In this document: piece after piece, positions 37,766 to 49,849 of the stretch
Numbering within the stretch: position 1 is the stretch's first letter
Layout: the number at the start of each line of letters is the position of its first letter
Source: Podarcis cretensis
Taxonomy: Eukaryota
Reading direction: 5' to 3'
DNA length: 64,000 nucleotides
Assembly: GCA_951804945.1 (NCBI GenBank)
Contig: OX638159.1
Span: 6,510,001 to 6,574,000 of the forward strand
Notes under the pieces: model-generated
Seen by the model: the letters and a program-made list of their open reading frames with translations, nothing else
Databases searched by the model: none
What the model was told of the DNA's origin: nothing
Made by a program: the position numbers and the translations under genes

Positions 37766-38971
37766 TGGAAAATAAAACTCCCAGGTGGCTTTCACCAATG
37801 GAGGCTAAGGAGGTAAAGAAACTTAATATGAGAACTAATTGGCCAAAATATTGTGAAATTTTAGAACAAGAAGGTGGTGAATTTAAACTACAAAGTTTTG
37901 AGAAAATAAAGTCCAAGGTATGGGATTGGCTCCATTATTTTCAAATAATGGAGGCCTACAAACAAGACAGGAAAATTGGTTTCCAGGTGGAGAAATCGAA
38001 ATTAGAAACAGAACTGTTAGAACCCAATACTAAGAATTTATCAAGAATGTATAACTTGCTGTTGAAGTGGAATACAATAGATGAGACAGTGAAGCCAGCT
38101 ATGATTAGATGGGCACAGGACATAGGTCATGACATTATGTTTGCTGACTGGGAGCAGTTATGGACCACAGGTATCAAATTTACGGCATGTAATGCCTTAC
38201 AAGAAAACATTATGAAAATGATTTACAGGTGGTACATGACTCCAGTCAAGCTTGCGAAGATTTATCATTTGCCCAATAACAAATGTTGGAAATGTAAAGA
38301 GACTGAAGGTACCTTCTTCCACCTTTGGTGGACCTGCCCAAAGATTAAGGCCTTCTGGGAAATGATTTATAATGAGATTAAGAAAGTACTTAAATGCACC
38401 TTTCATAAGAAACCAGAGGCATTTCTCTTGGGTATGGTCGGCCAGCTGGTGCCGAGGAAGGATAAAAATTTCTTTTTGTACGCTACTACGGCAGCAAGGA
38501 TTCTTCTAGCAAAGTATTGGAAGACACAAGAGCTACCCACGCTGGAGGAATGGCAGGCGAAAGTGATCAATTTTATGGGACTGGCAGAAATGACCGGCAG
38601 AATCCGCGACCAAGAGAAAGAGACTGTGGAAGAAGACTGGAAGAAGTTTAAAATATATCTTAAGAGTTACTATAAAATTGAGGAGTGCTAAAATGCTAAG
38701 GGAAAGGAAGACGTAGAATTACAGCGGTAAATTTTGTTTGATTTAGGGTGAAATTGAAAGGGAGAATGAATTTATATTTAATTGGCTAAAAGGGTTGTTG
38801 AATAATTGTTAAAAATAAAAGGATGCAAAAAGGGGAAGGTATGGGGAAGTCCGAGAAAAGAGGCTTATGGAAATAAGGTTAAGAAATTATGATTTTATGT
38901 GTTTGTTTCTATGTTGTTTTTGTTGTGTTTGTTAAAAATTGGAAAATTAATAAAAAAAATTATTTAAAAAA
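37766..38971 (+). mobile_element. Young 5'-truncated L1-clade LINE (ORF2 C-terminal zinc-knuckle region, 3' UTR, poly(A))
   Basis: Uninterrupted ORF to 38691 with the CCHC motif CWKCKETEGTFFHLWWTCP; AATAAA and A-rich tail; perfect 18-bp TSD AATCTGAGGAAGGCTGAC at 37748-37765 and 38972-38989. Confidence 0.93.
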
Positions 38972-39634
38972 AATCTGAGGAAGGCTGACAGAATGCAATA
39001 GGAGAAATCTGTCCAGCCCTAATCAATGTTTGCTTTCTTTGAAGGATAGCCTTTCTCTACTTTTGTTTTAATCAGACTGGATGCACTCTTCAATAGCTTT
39101 ACCATGTTTTCTCGTTCTTTATGCCCATCTTGCTGTCTGTTCAACGGAGATTTGTACCCAATTTACATAAATTCACATTTTGAACGATTTCTCAGAAATG
39201 TGAAATCTTCCATTTTTAAACCTAGAACAAATTCATTCCACATTTTGCATAGTTTATTTATTTAAAATTTTTATATTCTGCCTTTCGGGCCTAAAGGGCA
39301 GCTAACAAGTCCAGTGTTAAAGACAATACATTTTGATATCATGAATAATGTTATCATTAGCAGGCCTGTAGACTTTTGGAGTTATACATGTCCATTAATC
39401 TGAGTCAAACTACTTTTGAGTATCAGTGCTAGGATTGTTCTGCCCCTTCTCTCATTCCACTATATGCTTAGTTATTCCCAGCTAGTTGTCAGGGAGCATT
39501 GGAACCCACATACCAGAAATTTCAGACTTCATTACTGTAGCATTGCAATATTCTCCATGGTTTTAACCAAGGTTAGCTTTTTTAAACAACACCCATAGTT
39601 TCACTGACTGTCTGGAGTGAGCCAGAAGCCAAGA

Positions 39635-40698
39635 ACCGGAACTCAGTGGATTTGTAAATGGCTGACTGACCGAACCCAAAGGGTGCTCATCAATGGTTCC
39701 TCTTCATCCTGGAGAAGAGTTACTAGTGGGGTGCCACAGGGTTCTGTCTTGGGCCCGGTCTTATTCAACATCTTTATCAACGACTTGGATGATGGACTCA
39801 AGGGCATCCTGATCAAATTTGCAGATGACACCAAACTGGGAGGGGTGGCTAACACCCCAGAGGACAGGATCACACTTCAAAACGACCTTGACAGATTAGA
39901 GAACTGGGCCAAAACAAACAAGATGAATTTTAACAGGGAGAAATGTAAAGTATTGCACTTGGGCAAAAAAAATGAGAGGCACAAATACAAGATGGGTGAC
40001 ACCTGGCTTTAGAGCAGTACATGTGAAAAGGATCTAGGAGTCTTGGTTGACCACAAACTTGACATGAGCCAACAGTGTGACGCGGCAGCTAAAAAAGCCA
40101 ATGCAATTCTGGGCTGCATCAATAGGAGTATAGCATCTAGATCAAGGGAAGTAATAGTGCCACTGTATTCTGCTCTGGTCAGACCTCACCTGGAGTACTG
40201 TGTCCAGTTCTGGGCACCACAGTTCAAGAAGGACACTGACAAACTGGAACGTGTCCAGAGGAGGGCAACCAAAATGGTCAAAGGCCTGGAAACGATGCCT
40301 TATGAGGAACGGCTAAGGGAGCTGGGCATGTTTAGCCTGGAGAAGAGGAGGTTAAGGGGGGATATGATAGCCATGTTCAAATATATAAAAGGATGTCACA
40401 TAGAGGAGGGAGAAAGGTTGTTTTCTGCTGCTCCAGAGAAGCGGACACGGAGCAATGGTTCCAAACTACAAGAAAGAAGATTCCACCTAAACATTAGGAA
40501 GAACTTCCTGACAGTAAGAGCTGTTTGACAGTGGAATTTGCTGCCAAGGAGTGTGGTGGAGTCTCCTTTTTTTGCTGTCTTTAAGCAGAGGCTTGACAAC
40601 CATATGTCAGGAGTGCTCTGATGGTGTTTCCTGCTTGGCAGGGGGTTGGACTCGATGGCCCTTGAGGTCTCTTCCAACTCTATGATTCTATGATTCTA
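39635..40698 (+). mobile_element. 5'-truncated CR1 LINE (RT domain to 3' tail)
   Basis: GVPQGSVLGP, KFADDTKL and [11 protein letters not shown] motifs; ORFs 39617 and 40043 are in the same frame, split by one TAG; (ATTCTATG)n tail. Confidence 0.96.
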
Positions 40699-40714
40699 AG
40701 TCCAATCATTCTGA

Positions 40715-41217
40715 TCATAGAATCACAGAGTTAGAAGGGACCCTGTGGATCACCTAATCCAGTCCCTTGCAATGCAAAAATATGTAGCTGCCCCATATAG
40801 GGACCAAACCTGCAGCCTTGTCATTATCAGCTGCACTCCACGTGTCAGGAGTGTGTGCAGGAGCCAGGCCCTGTGACTGGTAGGGCCTTGCAGGACTGGG
40901 GCCTTCCTGAGTTTGGCCTGGAAGGACAAGGCACGGCCGCACAGGTGAGGCTTGACAGAAGACTCGTAGCACCTGGTGGCAAGGGCCAGGAGGGGTATAT
41001 AAGACCGGCATTTCCCTCTGGCTCTTTGCCACAGCAACACACTACCCACCTAGCTGTGCTTCGGCTTCCTGGCTCCTGGTTTCCTGATTTGTGGACTCTT
41101 GGCTTCCTGATCCCTGGACTGCTGATTCCTGCTTCCCAACCTCTATCCCAGTCCTGACGTACCAAGCCAGGACTCCGACTGCCTGTAACCCGGATTGTGA
41201 CACCAAGCAACTGAGCT
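40715..41217 (-). mobile_element. tRNA-derived SINE with CR1-type tail, split by a solo LTR
   Basis: Minus strand reads AGCTCAGTTG (A-box) | LTR | GCTGATAATGACAAGGCTGCAGGTTTGGTCCC (tRNA-like) ... GTCCCTTCTAACTCTGTGATTCTATGA (CR1-like tail). Confidence 0.7.
40843..41202 (+). mobile_element. Solo LTR (Gypsy-like, 360 bp)
   Basis: TGTCA...TGACA termini, TATATAA box at ~40996, 5-bp flanks CCACG / CCAAG. Confidence 0.8.
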
Positions 41218-42223
41218 TTCCAGGCTCAGGACAGGAGAAAAATCCAAGAATTGAATGGAAGGGCTGTCAGGATCATACCAGAAGCAGGACTGGAAAACAA
41301 GCCAGGAGTCAGGACTAAAGAGCAGTCACAGCAGTCACACAAAAGTAAGACCAGATACCAAGTAAAAAATCAAGAGCAAAGATGACTGGAAATACAGAGG
41401 CCCATGAGCACTCAGGTAGATGTTGTTGGCCAAGCAATGAAGCGGATGCTGCTAGGACTTTGCATCGTTTCAGCCACATCCCACAAAACCACTGTGAACA
41501 TCATTCCTCATTTCCCCCATGAACCACCAGGTTGAGCAGAGATGCCAAAGTAATTGGACTTAAACAGGATCAACCGGCTACTGTGGTTGGCTTAAGTAAA
41601 TGCCATACACGTAGCATGCCAAATACACTAGTCCTGGCAAGTTCGCTAGGAATATTTTTGGCATTTCATCCCCCCTTGATTCATCCAGGCTATTTCCTGG
41701 CACTAATGGTTGGTTATCCGGGAGCCAGACTTTGGGGTTTGTGGGTTTTTTGTGTGTGTGATCTTTTAAAAACATGCATTATAGACAGCATGTGCCAGTC
41801 TTGTGACCTAGGAGTGGTTAATGTCGGGTAAGGAAATTAATCCGAAAAGCATAGTGCCTTAGGAGATATTTCCAGAGCTTTATATTCCAACTACTATTTA
41901 GAAAGCAAGGCATCTTTTGGCTCAGCCTCTCTTACCACAGACATGGTGTGCCTTGTCCTTTTTCACTAAATCATCATTATTGTATAATGTTACATAATAA
42001 ACAGATTCTGGAAATCATTGAAAATGTTACCTAAACTGATGCTCAGAGTCAGATGCAGACTGAAGGCCACACACTAGGCCCTCAGCCAAGCAGATACAAA
42101 GTCAATTAAGGGACATTATCAAAAACAAGCTGACTAGCAGTTACCACATATAGCATGCCTGAAGTTTTCAGAAAATATATATGTTCAACTAAACTTTGGC
42201 ATTAGCACTAAGGTTGAGAATTA

Positions 42224-42269
<46 letters not shown>

Positions 42270-42379
42270 CGCCCGCCCACCCACACCACAGTCTATGCTG
42301 CCTTGGGGCATTTTTACCATGATTTCAGAGAAGAGTGATCAAACCAAAACATCAATAGTGTTGCTTTATCTTGCCCATA

Positions 42380-42692
42380 GAGGCAAGTGGCGCGGGGCGC
42401 CAGGGCACCAAGTTCTGGAGGGCACCAAGTTCTGGAAGGAAGACGCAGAGGCTGGGCACGGCGCCTCCCAGCATCAGCTCGCCGCCCTCGCCCACCTCAC
42501 TGAAGCAGCGCTGCGCTCGGAGCCTCCGCCTCTTCCCCGCTGTAGGAGCTGCCCTCCAGCCGCTGCCTGCCTCCTCCAGCCCCCAAAGCTGCCGGCAGTG
42601 CTGTAAAAAGGTTGGCAACTCTGGGAAACAGGGAGGGGGGGTGCCGGAGGGATCTTTGCACCATGACGCCAGATATACTTAAGACGGCCCTG
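42380..42692. mobile_element. GC-rich non-autonomous DNA transposon fragment
   Basis: GC-rich block ending in a hAT-like terminus GACGGCCCTG; left end not resolved. Confidence 0.5.
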
Positions 42693-42946
42693 CCATCAAG
42701 TCACCTTTACTGATGTGAGGATGATTTTAAAAGCTGTAAAGCAGCATTCTCTGATGGGCTGGTCATCAGAATGCAAGATCAAGCCAATCTAATCCAGCAT
42801 AATGTTCTCACAGTCCAAACTATGGGAAACTTGCAAGCAAGACCTGAATGCAATAGCATACTGCCTCCAGCAGTGGAAGGTCCAGTATGAATTCTTTTTG
42901 AAGGAATTGTTTTTCAACCTATGGCTGCAGTGGAGTGCACTCTTAC

Positions 42947-43046
42947 GCTTTCGGTTCTTCCTTTGCAGCCCTGGTTTGAATACAAACCCCAACTGCGAAG
43001 GACAATTCTTCCCTTGCAGTAATAGCTTGAACTGCAAAGGAATAAT
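42947..43046 (-). other. Candidate spliced exon (100 bp)
   Basis: Minus strand tatttctttgcag|ATTATTCC...CCGAAAGC|gtaaga; no recognisable protein. Confidence 0.25.
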
Positions 43047-43121
43047 CTGCAAAGAAATAATTATTTGGAGGAGAAGGCAATGCTCTGCCTCCACACTTGG
43101 AAGCAATAATGCCTCTGAATA

Positions 43122-43737
43122 AAAGGTAAAAAAAAGTAAAGGTAAAGGACCCCTGGACGGTTAAGTCCAGTCGATGTTGCGCTCATCTCGCTTTCAGGCC
43201 GAGGGAGCCGGCGTTTGTCCACTGACACTTCACAGCTAAGATTCACCTTCTGTTGTGTTGGCAGGGTGGTCCCTCCCCCTACCTGGCCAATCTCCTGGAA
43301 ACACCTCCCCAGGCGGGATTGGGCAACTGGCTGAGGTAGGCAGAGACCTCCAGGTATCCAGCCTGGGGAGGGCGAAGCCAGCCCGTACTACCAGGAGCCA
43401 CACTGGGATCTGGGGGGCTGCGCGCTACCACGCAAAAGGCACCCTCCATTTGATGTGGGGAGCGGTCATTCCGGGGCAAGTAGCCAACATGACTAAGCAG
43501 CTTCTGGCGCAATGGAACACCATGACAGAAACCAGAGCACACGGAAATGCTGTTTACCTTCCTGCCACAGCGGTACCTATTTATCTACTTGCACTGGTGT
43601 GCTTTCGAACTGCTAAGTTGGCAGGAGATGGGACAGAACAACAGGAGCTCACCCCATCATGGGGATTCGAACTGCTGACCTTCCAATCAGCATGCCCAAG
43701 AGGCTCAGTGGTTTAGACCACAGCGCCACCCACGTTC
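43122..43737 (-). mobile_element. Sauria SINE interrupted by a ~235-bp unclassified insertion
   Basis: SINE halves at 43122-~43230 and ~43468-43737; TSD TGCCTCTGAATA / TGCTTCTGAATA. Confidence 0.85.
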
Positions 43738-43751
43738 TGCTTCTGAATATC

Positions 43752-43895
43752 AGTTGCTGGAAAGCACAGGAGAGGAGAGTGCTTTTATGCTCGTGGTCCT
43801 TCTTGCACCTTTCCCACAGGCAACTGGTCGACTGCTCTCAGAACACGATGCTGGACTCAACATGACCTTGGTCTGATCCAGCAGGCTATTCTTAT
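43752..43895 (+). mobile_element. Old CR1-type 3' tail
   Basis: ...GATGCTGGACT...TTGGTCTGATCCAGCAGGCTATTCTTAT resembles CR1 3' ends. Confidence 0.55.
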
Positions 43896-44076
43896 CTCTC
43901 TTTTTTGTCTTCCTCTGCAGTCTTTGGCACTTTTTGAATTTGGAACCTTTTCCAGCTGCCAGGAACCAAATTTTGAGTACAAAGGAAGAATCAGGAGTGC
44001 ACTTAGAGTACTTCCTTTTCATCTGTCACAATCTGAACTTTCCTACACCATGCCTCATTTCATATATGTCATAAGG

Positions 44077-44212
44077 CAGGCATAGGCAAACTTTGTCCTC
44101 CAGATGTTTTGGGACTACAACTCCCATCATCCCTAGCTAACAGGACCAGTGGTCCGGGATGATGGGAGTTGTAGTTCCAAAACATCTGGAGGGCCGCGTT
44201 TGTCTATGCCTG
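44077..44212. mobile_element. Palindromic hAT-type MITE (136 bp)
   Basis: CAGGCATAGGCAAAC ... GTTTGTCTATGCCTG with long inverted arms; TSD TCATAAGG / TCATAAGA. Confidence 0.88.
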
Positions 44213-44518
44213 TCATAAGACATAGGAAAGGTGAGTATGGATCATCCAAAATAGCTTGGTTGGCACTCTCCAAAGCCTAGTGTGCCTACTTAGGTCTGTA
44301 GGCCAGAGATCTCCCATCACTGCAATAAGATTAACCCAGGTCTTCTTTTCATTTACTTAGTAAACATACATATGCATACATTACTAAACTGCAGGATTGT
44401 GTGCATCTTAATCTCAGGGACAAAGGTTCGAGCTCCACATTGGACAAAAAGTTTCCTACATTACAGAGCATTGGACTAGTTGATCTCACATATCCCCGAA
44501 CATTTATCCAATGGAAAT

Positions 44519-44871
44519 AAGGTAAAGGTAAAGGTACCCCTGCCCGTACGGGCCAGTCTTGACAGACTCTGGGGTTGCGCGCCCATCTCACTGAAGAGGC
44601 CAGGGGCCAGCGCTGTCCGGAGACACTTCCGGGTCACGTGGCCAGCGTGACATCGCTGCTCTGGCGAGCCAGAGCCGCACACGGAAACGCCGTTTACCTT
44701 CCCGCTGGTAAGCGGTCCCTATTTATCTACTTGCACCCGGAGGTGCTTTCGAACTGCTAGGTTGGCAGGCGCTGGGACCGAGCAGCGGGAGCGCACCCCG
44801 CCGCATGGATTCGAACCGCCGACCTTTCGATCGGCAAGCCCTAGGCGCTGAGGCTTTAACCCACAGCGCCA
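44519..44871 (-). mobile_element. Young Sauria SINE missing its first ~10 nt
   Basis: Near-identical reverse complement of the 12191 copy. Confidence 0.95.
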
Positions 44872-44964
44872 TCAAATCAGAAACCGGGATGGCTTCTGTA
44901 TATCCAGGAATGGATATCACGTATATCAAGTGTCCCTGGAAAATAGGAACACTTGGAGGGTCTG
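44872..44964 (-). mobile_element. Truncated end of the CAGACCCTCCAA-type MITE family
   Basis: Reverse complement CAGACCCTCCAAGTGTTCCTATTTTCCAGG...CCGGTTTCTGATTTGA matches the start of the 54336 element. Confidence 0.75.
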
Positions 44965-45242
44965 CCTTTGTGTTCCCTTCCAACTCCACAATTCTGTTAT
45001 TCTACTTACAAAATATACATGACATTAAATACACCTTTCCCTTTAAATGATTGGGGGGGTGTTTCTTCAAAAAAAAAATCATCATTTAGGGAGGGAGGCA
45101 GATAATTAAATAGAGCAGAATAGGCATAGAGGGAGAACTTAACTCTTTCCTCCACTAAAGCCCCTCCTCCAAAACAAGTATTTTCATTGGGGGGAAATCC
45201 AAAATGCTCACAGTGTGGAACATTCCATCCAAAGCAAATACC

Positions 45243-45243
<1 letters not shown>

Positions 45244-45288
<45 letters not shown>
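45244..45288. repeat. (AC)n microsatellite
   Basis: Read directly from the sequence. Confidence 0.95.
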
Positions 45289-45292
<4 letters not shown>

Positions 45293-45768
45293 AAATATAT
45301 ATTCCTTAGAATATCCTCAGCAGGTGAGAACTGAGTTGTGCCCCCCCATGCCTGCACTAATTGTGATAATTATTGCACATGCCCAAGCTGATGCAATTTG
45401 CATTTCTAAAAAAAACAACAACTGCAAGTTAAAGAGGCATTTAACATCACATTCATCCTTCAGACAAAGTAATCCATATGCAGAAAATCAGTGCATTTAC
45501 AAAAAGAGTGTATGCCTAATTCTCAGAAAAGTGAGGATTTCCCCCCTCTATTGACTTTAGTTATACAAATAAAAGCGACTTAAATAAGATCAGCTCCTGG
45601 AAGCCATTGGGGCTGTGTGTTCCAGGAGTTTTGGGAAAACTATTGTTATATCATCCTTTTTACAAAATGGATACATTCCACAAACAAGTTTGGATGAACT
45701 GTGTAACATTTTCTTGGCTGTCCAATCCACTGCAGAACCATAGACCAAATGTTTCAGTCTGTCATGTA

Positions 45769-45990
45769 CAGTTGTACCTTAGATCTCAAACGCTTTGGCT
45801 CCCAGTCGTACCTTGGCTCCCAAACAATCGAACCCCGGAAGTGAGTGTTCCTTTTTTTGGACGATTTTCGGAAGCCGGATGTCCGATTGGCTCCTGTAGC
45901 CAATCGGAAGCCACGCCTTAGTTTTCGAACGGTTCCGGGAGTCGAACAGACTCCCAGAACGCATTCTGTTCGAGAACCAAGGTACGACTG
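45769..45990. mobile_element. Tc1/mariner (Tigger-like) MITE
   Basis: TA-CAGTTGTACCTT ... AAGGTACGACTG-TA, with an extra internal TIR copy CAGTCGTACCTTGG at 45803-45816. Confidence 0.8.
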
Positions 45991-47039
45991 TATTGGCAAA
46001 AATATTGTCCGCACGCACAGTGATTCCAGGAGTACAGACACCTCTCTGTATTCTGGCATACCATGGTAAGCACTTGAAGGCAAGTGTGGATCACATACTG
46101 TAAGAACAACAACATAAATCCGCTGAAAGTAGCCTCTGCGCAGATGTCTCAATCCTGGAGAACTCCATTTTCATATACTGTGATGTTAGCCTCGTATTTC
46201 AAATAACATTTCCATGTGATTCGTGCAGTCCTGATACATTGTCAAACAGAGGGACAAGTGTTTTCAATTGCCACAGAGAAAGGCAGGAAAACCTTCAACA
46301 TCCTCAAGCTATTTCTAAAGGCAGCACTTGGCGACACGTGGCACAGTTTGGAAACAGACAGGCATACACTCCACAAGCCCTAGAGACGATTGACCTTCAT
46401 CAGGCTTTTTCTTCTTCATTCAACCAAGCTTCCTGAGAGGAAGAGGGAAAAAATCAGGTTCTCTTCAGAGAAAGCAAATATATATAATGCTCAGTGTCAC
46501 AGTAAAGGCCTAGTGATGGTGCTTAAAGCTGTTTTGGAACATCCTCACACCCAAGAAAGTTATCAGGCTGGCAGTGTCTTTGTAAAGCTTAGCTGTCATT
46601 TCATTCAAGAGGAGGCCTATGGGTAATCATTTAATCAAAACCACGGCTGTGATTGCTACTTGTGATGAAAATTACAAAGCTGAGGCAGCTTCCAAACCAG
46701 GATTACAAATGGGCCTTGCTTTTTTTTTTAATCCCCTCCTTTTTTTGAGAATGAAAATAAATTCCCCGTCCGGAATATTGGGTCCAGCAAGCTTCCCAGT
46801 TCAGCTCCGTATCCCTGGAAGCTCTGAGCTGGCCTAGCAGAATAATGCAGCGGTCCTGAGTCCATGTGAGAAAGGGATAAATCAAGTCCAAAAGACAGAT
46901 CGGTTCTTATCTCTAGAAGCGTTTATTTACAAGCCATAAATCAGTCTCTCCATCGGAGTTTTCCTGCATTCTCCGTGCTTCCAAAAGCACACAGACACAG
47001 CCTGTCTGTTTAGCTGTGTCTCTCAGCGTCTCTCGGTAG

Positions 47040-47102
47040 AACTGAAAGTAACTCTCACAGACAAAGCCTGTGACGTAAAGCCCTGCTTCCGGCCCCTCCC
47101 AG
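47040..47102 (-). promoter_or_regulatory. Candidate promoter motif cluster (Sp/KLF, ETS, CRE-like, Inr)
   Basis: Minus strand GGGAGGGG-CCGGAAG-CAGGGC-TTTACGTCA ... TTCAGTTC in unique, locally CpG-retaining DNA. Confidence 0.35.
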
Positions 47103-48286
47103 ATGCAGGGCACCACGGAGTTTTAACCCTGTCTGTTCCAAACTCCACACTTTTTCCCTTTTGCAATTGAGTAAAAACAAACTATAGTACCCTTAAATGT
47201 AGCAGGAGATTAAATGTAGGGGAGATTCATCTGGACAAAAGCAGTATTCCCTCCTTTTTCTTCCCCAGCACTTAAGAGAAAATGGCATAATTGAGAATCC
47301 GTGGAAAGCATACCCAACGGCACATCACACAAATTAAGACTCTCTTGTACTAGAAGACTCTTCCAAGTGTTTTGCTGCTTTCGGTTGTATCAGCACTTGG
47401 CAAAAGGGTATGTAGCATTTAAAATTACAAACACACACACATACACACAAAGAGAGAGAGAGAGAGAGCTCTTCGCCTTGAAAAAAATAGAAGAAAAATG
47501 AAACTTTTAAAGCATTTAAATCATGTGACTCAGAAGCAATAATGGACAGAACCAATACTCAGTCATGGATTCAGACTAATCTAGCATCATAACACCTGGA
47601 AAAGACACAGTGGATCATTTAGCCCCAACCTATGTAATAAAAAACATAGTGATGCATTTCCAAACTTTCTTGAGCATTTCAAAGAAAAATAAATTATGCA
47701 CCATCAATTGGCAGCTGTACCTTATTACAAAATAGTTTTCCTGGTTTAGAAATTTCACCTACTATCTTATCTACATGAAAGGCTCTATTCCGAATGTTAG
47801 ATCAACTCTAAAGTCCTTTTCATGTAGTGAAAACACTTTTTGTAGGACTCTCCATATGAAATATATAGGGGTAGGGCTTGCCACTCAAATCTCATTGGCT
47901 GCCCATTGTGTGTTCACTAAAGTTGTTTTGACCATATGCTAAACCAGTGCTCTGCCCCCACCCTTATTTCCCAATGGGTAGCATGCATAATTCTTCTTAT
48001 TTGCTTTACAGTATCTTCTAGTTCCTGTATCATCCTACACCTCCTCTTTTGGATCTTCTAAAAAAATGTTACTGCAGTTCCCAGAAGTGAAAACTGTGCC
48101 CCTGATGAGCTCTTTTCAATGTTGAGTCCCATTATGTACTGAGTTTTGGAAGTGACGCTCCAGTTGACGCAACCTAAGATGACCCTGGCTGATACTGCTA
48201 CAACAAAAAAACATTCTTTTCTGCTTGTTACCTACTGACACCCTTCAACTGTTCTCTGAAGAGCTTGGAGGTCATTTATTACTTTA

Positions 48287-48563
48287 ACTCCAGCGGGTGC
48301 AGAATGCTGCAGCGAGGCTCCTCATGGGGTCTCTGCCATGGGAGCATATTCACCCAGTGCTTTTCAAGCTGCACTGGCTCCCGGTGGAGTACAGGGTCAG
48401 ATTTAAGGTGCTGCTTTTGACCTTTAAAGCCCTTCACGGCCTAGGGCCCTCGTACCTACGGGACTGCCTCTCCTGGTATGTCCCACGGAGGACCTTAAGG
48501 TCCATAAATAGCAACACCCTAGAGGTCCCAGGCCCTAAGGAAGTTAGATTAGCCTCAACCAGA
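48287..48563 (+). mobile_element. L2 LINE ORF fragment (second subfamily)
   Basis: QNAAARLL...HIHPVLFKLHWLPVEYRVRFKVLLLTFKALHGLGPSYL, a typical L2/CR1-clade C-terminus. Confidence 0.88.
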
Positions 48564-48668
48564 AATGCCCAGTGATTCCCTTATTTTATCTCCATTACCA
48601 CACACAATGCAAGAACAACATAATGTTGATTATTTGTTGCATGCTTAACCTCGGTTAAGCTTAACCTT

Positions 48669-48922
48669 GGAGCCAGTGTGGTGTAATGGTTAAGAGCGGT
48701 AGTCTTGTAATCTGGGGAACCGGGTTTGCGTCTCCGCTCCTCCACATGCAGCTGCTGAGTGACCTTGGGCCAGTCAAACGTCTTTGAAGTCTCTCAGCCC
48801 CACTCACCTCACAGAGTGTTTGTTGTGGGGGAGGAAGGGAAAGGAGAATGTTAGCCGCTTTGAGACTCCTTAAAGGGAGTGAAAGACAGGATATCAAATC
48901 CAAACTCTTCTTCTTCTTCTTC
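48669..48922 (+). mobile_element. Squam3-like SINE
   Basis: Forward copy of the 16742-17032 element with a short (CTT)n tail. Confidence 0.85.
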
Positions 48923-49079
48923 GGTGTCAGGTGCTGGGATAACTGCATTTCTCTTCAAAATGTCACAACTTTCCACTTTTGCTTCCCATTCTTGGTCTGC
49001 CCATCACCCCATCCTCAAAGAACACACATTTGGGAAGGTCCATAGCTTAATGGTGGAATAGATGCCTAAGTATTTAACA

Positions 49080-49195
49080 GGCTCAGTGGTAGAGCACATG
49101 CTATCCATGCAGAATGTCCCAAGCTCAATTCCTGGCATCTTGATATTGGTCTGGAAAATCACCTCTCTGAGCTTCATTGTAGACAGCACTGAGCA
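49080..49195 (+). mobile_element. Old tRNA-derived SINE head
   Basis: GCTCAGTGGTAGAGCAC (A-box) ... GCTCAATTCCTGGCATCT (degenerate B-box). Confidence 0.5.
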
Positions 49196-49849
49196 ACTTA
49201 ATACAAAGAAGTTTGCTGTGTCTTCTTCATGGAATCTACATGCATATAGTTGGACATGTATAGGGTTGGTGCAGAAAAGCTAATGAGCATGTAGAGCAGG
49301 AATGTTCTATCTGTTCCTGTGTCCCCCCCCCCCAATGTTGTTAGACTTCAACTTCCATTAACCCCAGACAGTATGGTCAGGGACAGAGAGTTGTAGTCCA
49401 ACACCTGGATAGCAACAGGTTATGCATCCTTGAAACAGAGCTTCTGGCCAGCTCAGCCAGCAAGAGCTCAAATTTACCAATCCACCCATGCACTCAATCA
49501 GTAAGTTTGTGCATCTTAATGAGGCACATATAAGGTAGTTCCTTGCCTTTATGCTATCCTGCTCTGATAAATGAGCTGACCATGAATATGCATATAGACA
49601 CTCATTGCCTCACCCATATAGTTACAGGAAATGAGGCAGTCCCAGTCCTAGGACAGGTGACAACAATTAAAACACAAGGCAAGGGTTTACTTTGCAGTCA
49701 TCAGGTTTGTTCACTTGGGAAGGTAATCCAAAACCAATTTGCACATTACCTTTGGTTACTTATTTCTTTCGCAAGTTGTCTACATGCCTCTAACAAGGGA
49801 GCCAAGAACTCACACACTGCAACTGTAGCACTTTCCACATCTACTAGAC

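Noticed and set aside
37798-38691. 297-aa ORF as a host or domesticated gene
   Set aside because: It is the L1 ORF2 C-terminus inside an 18-bp TSD with a poly(A) tail; an open frame is expected for a young insertion.
48669-49140. tRNA genes
   Set aside because: The A/B-box sequences are SINE heads followed by SINE bodies; I could not build an intact cloverleaf.
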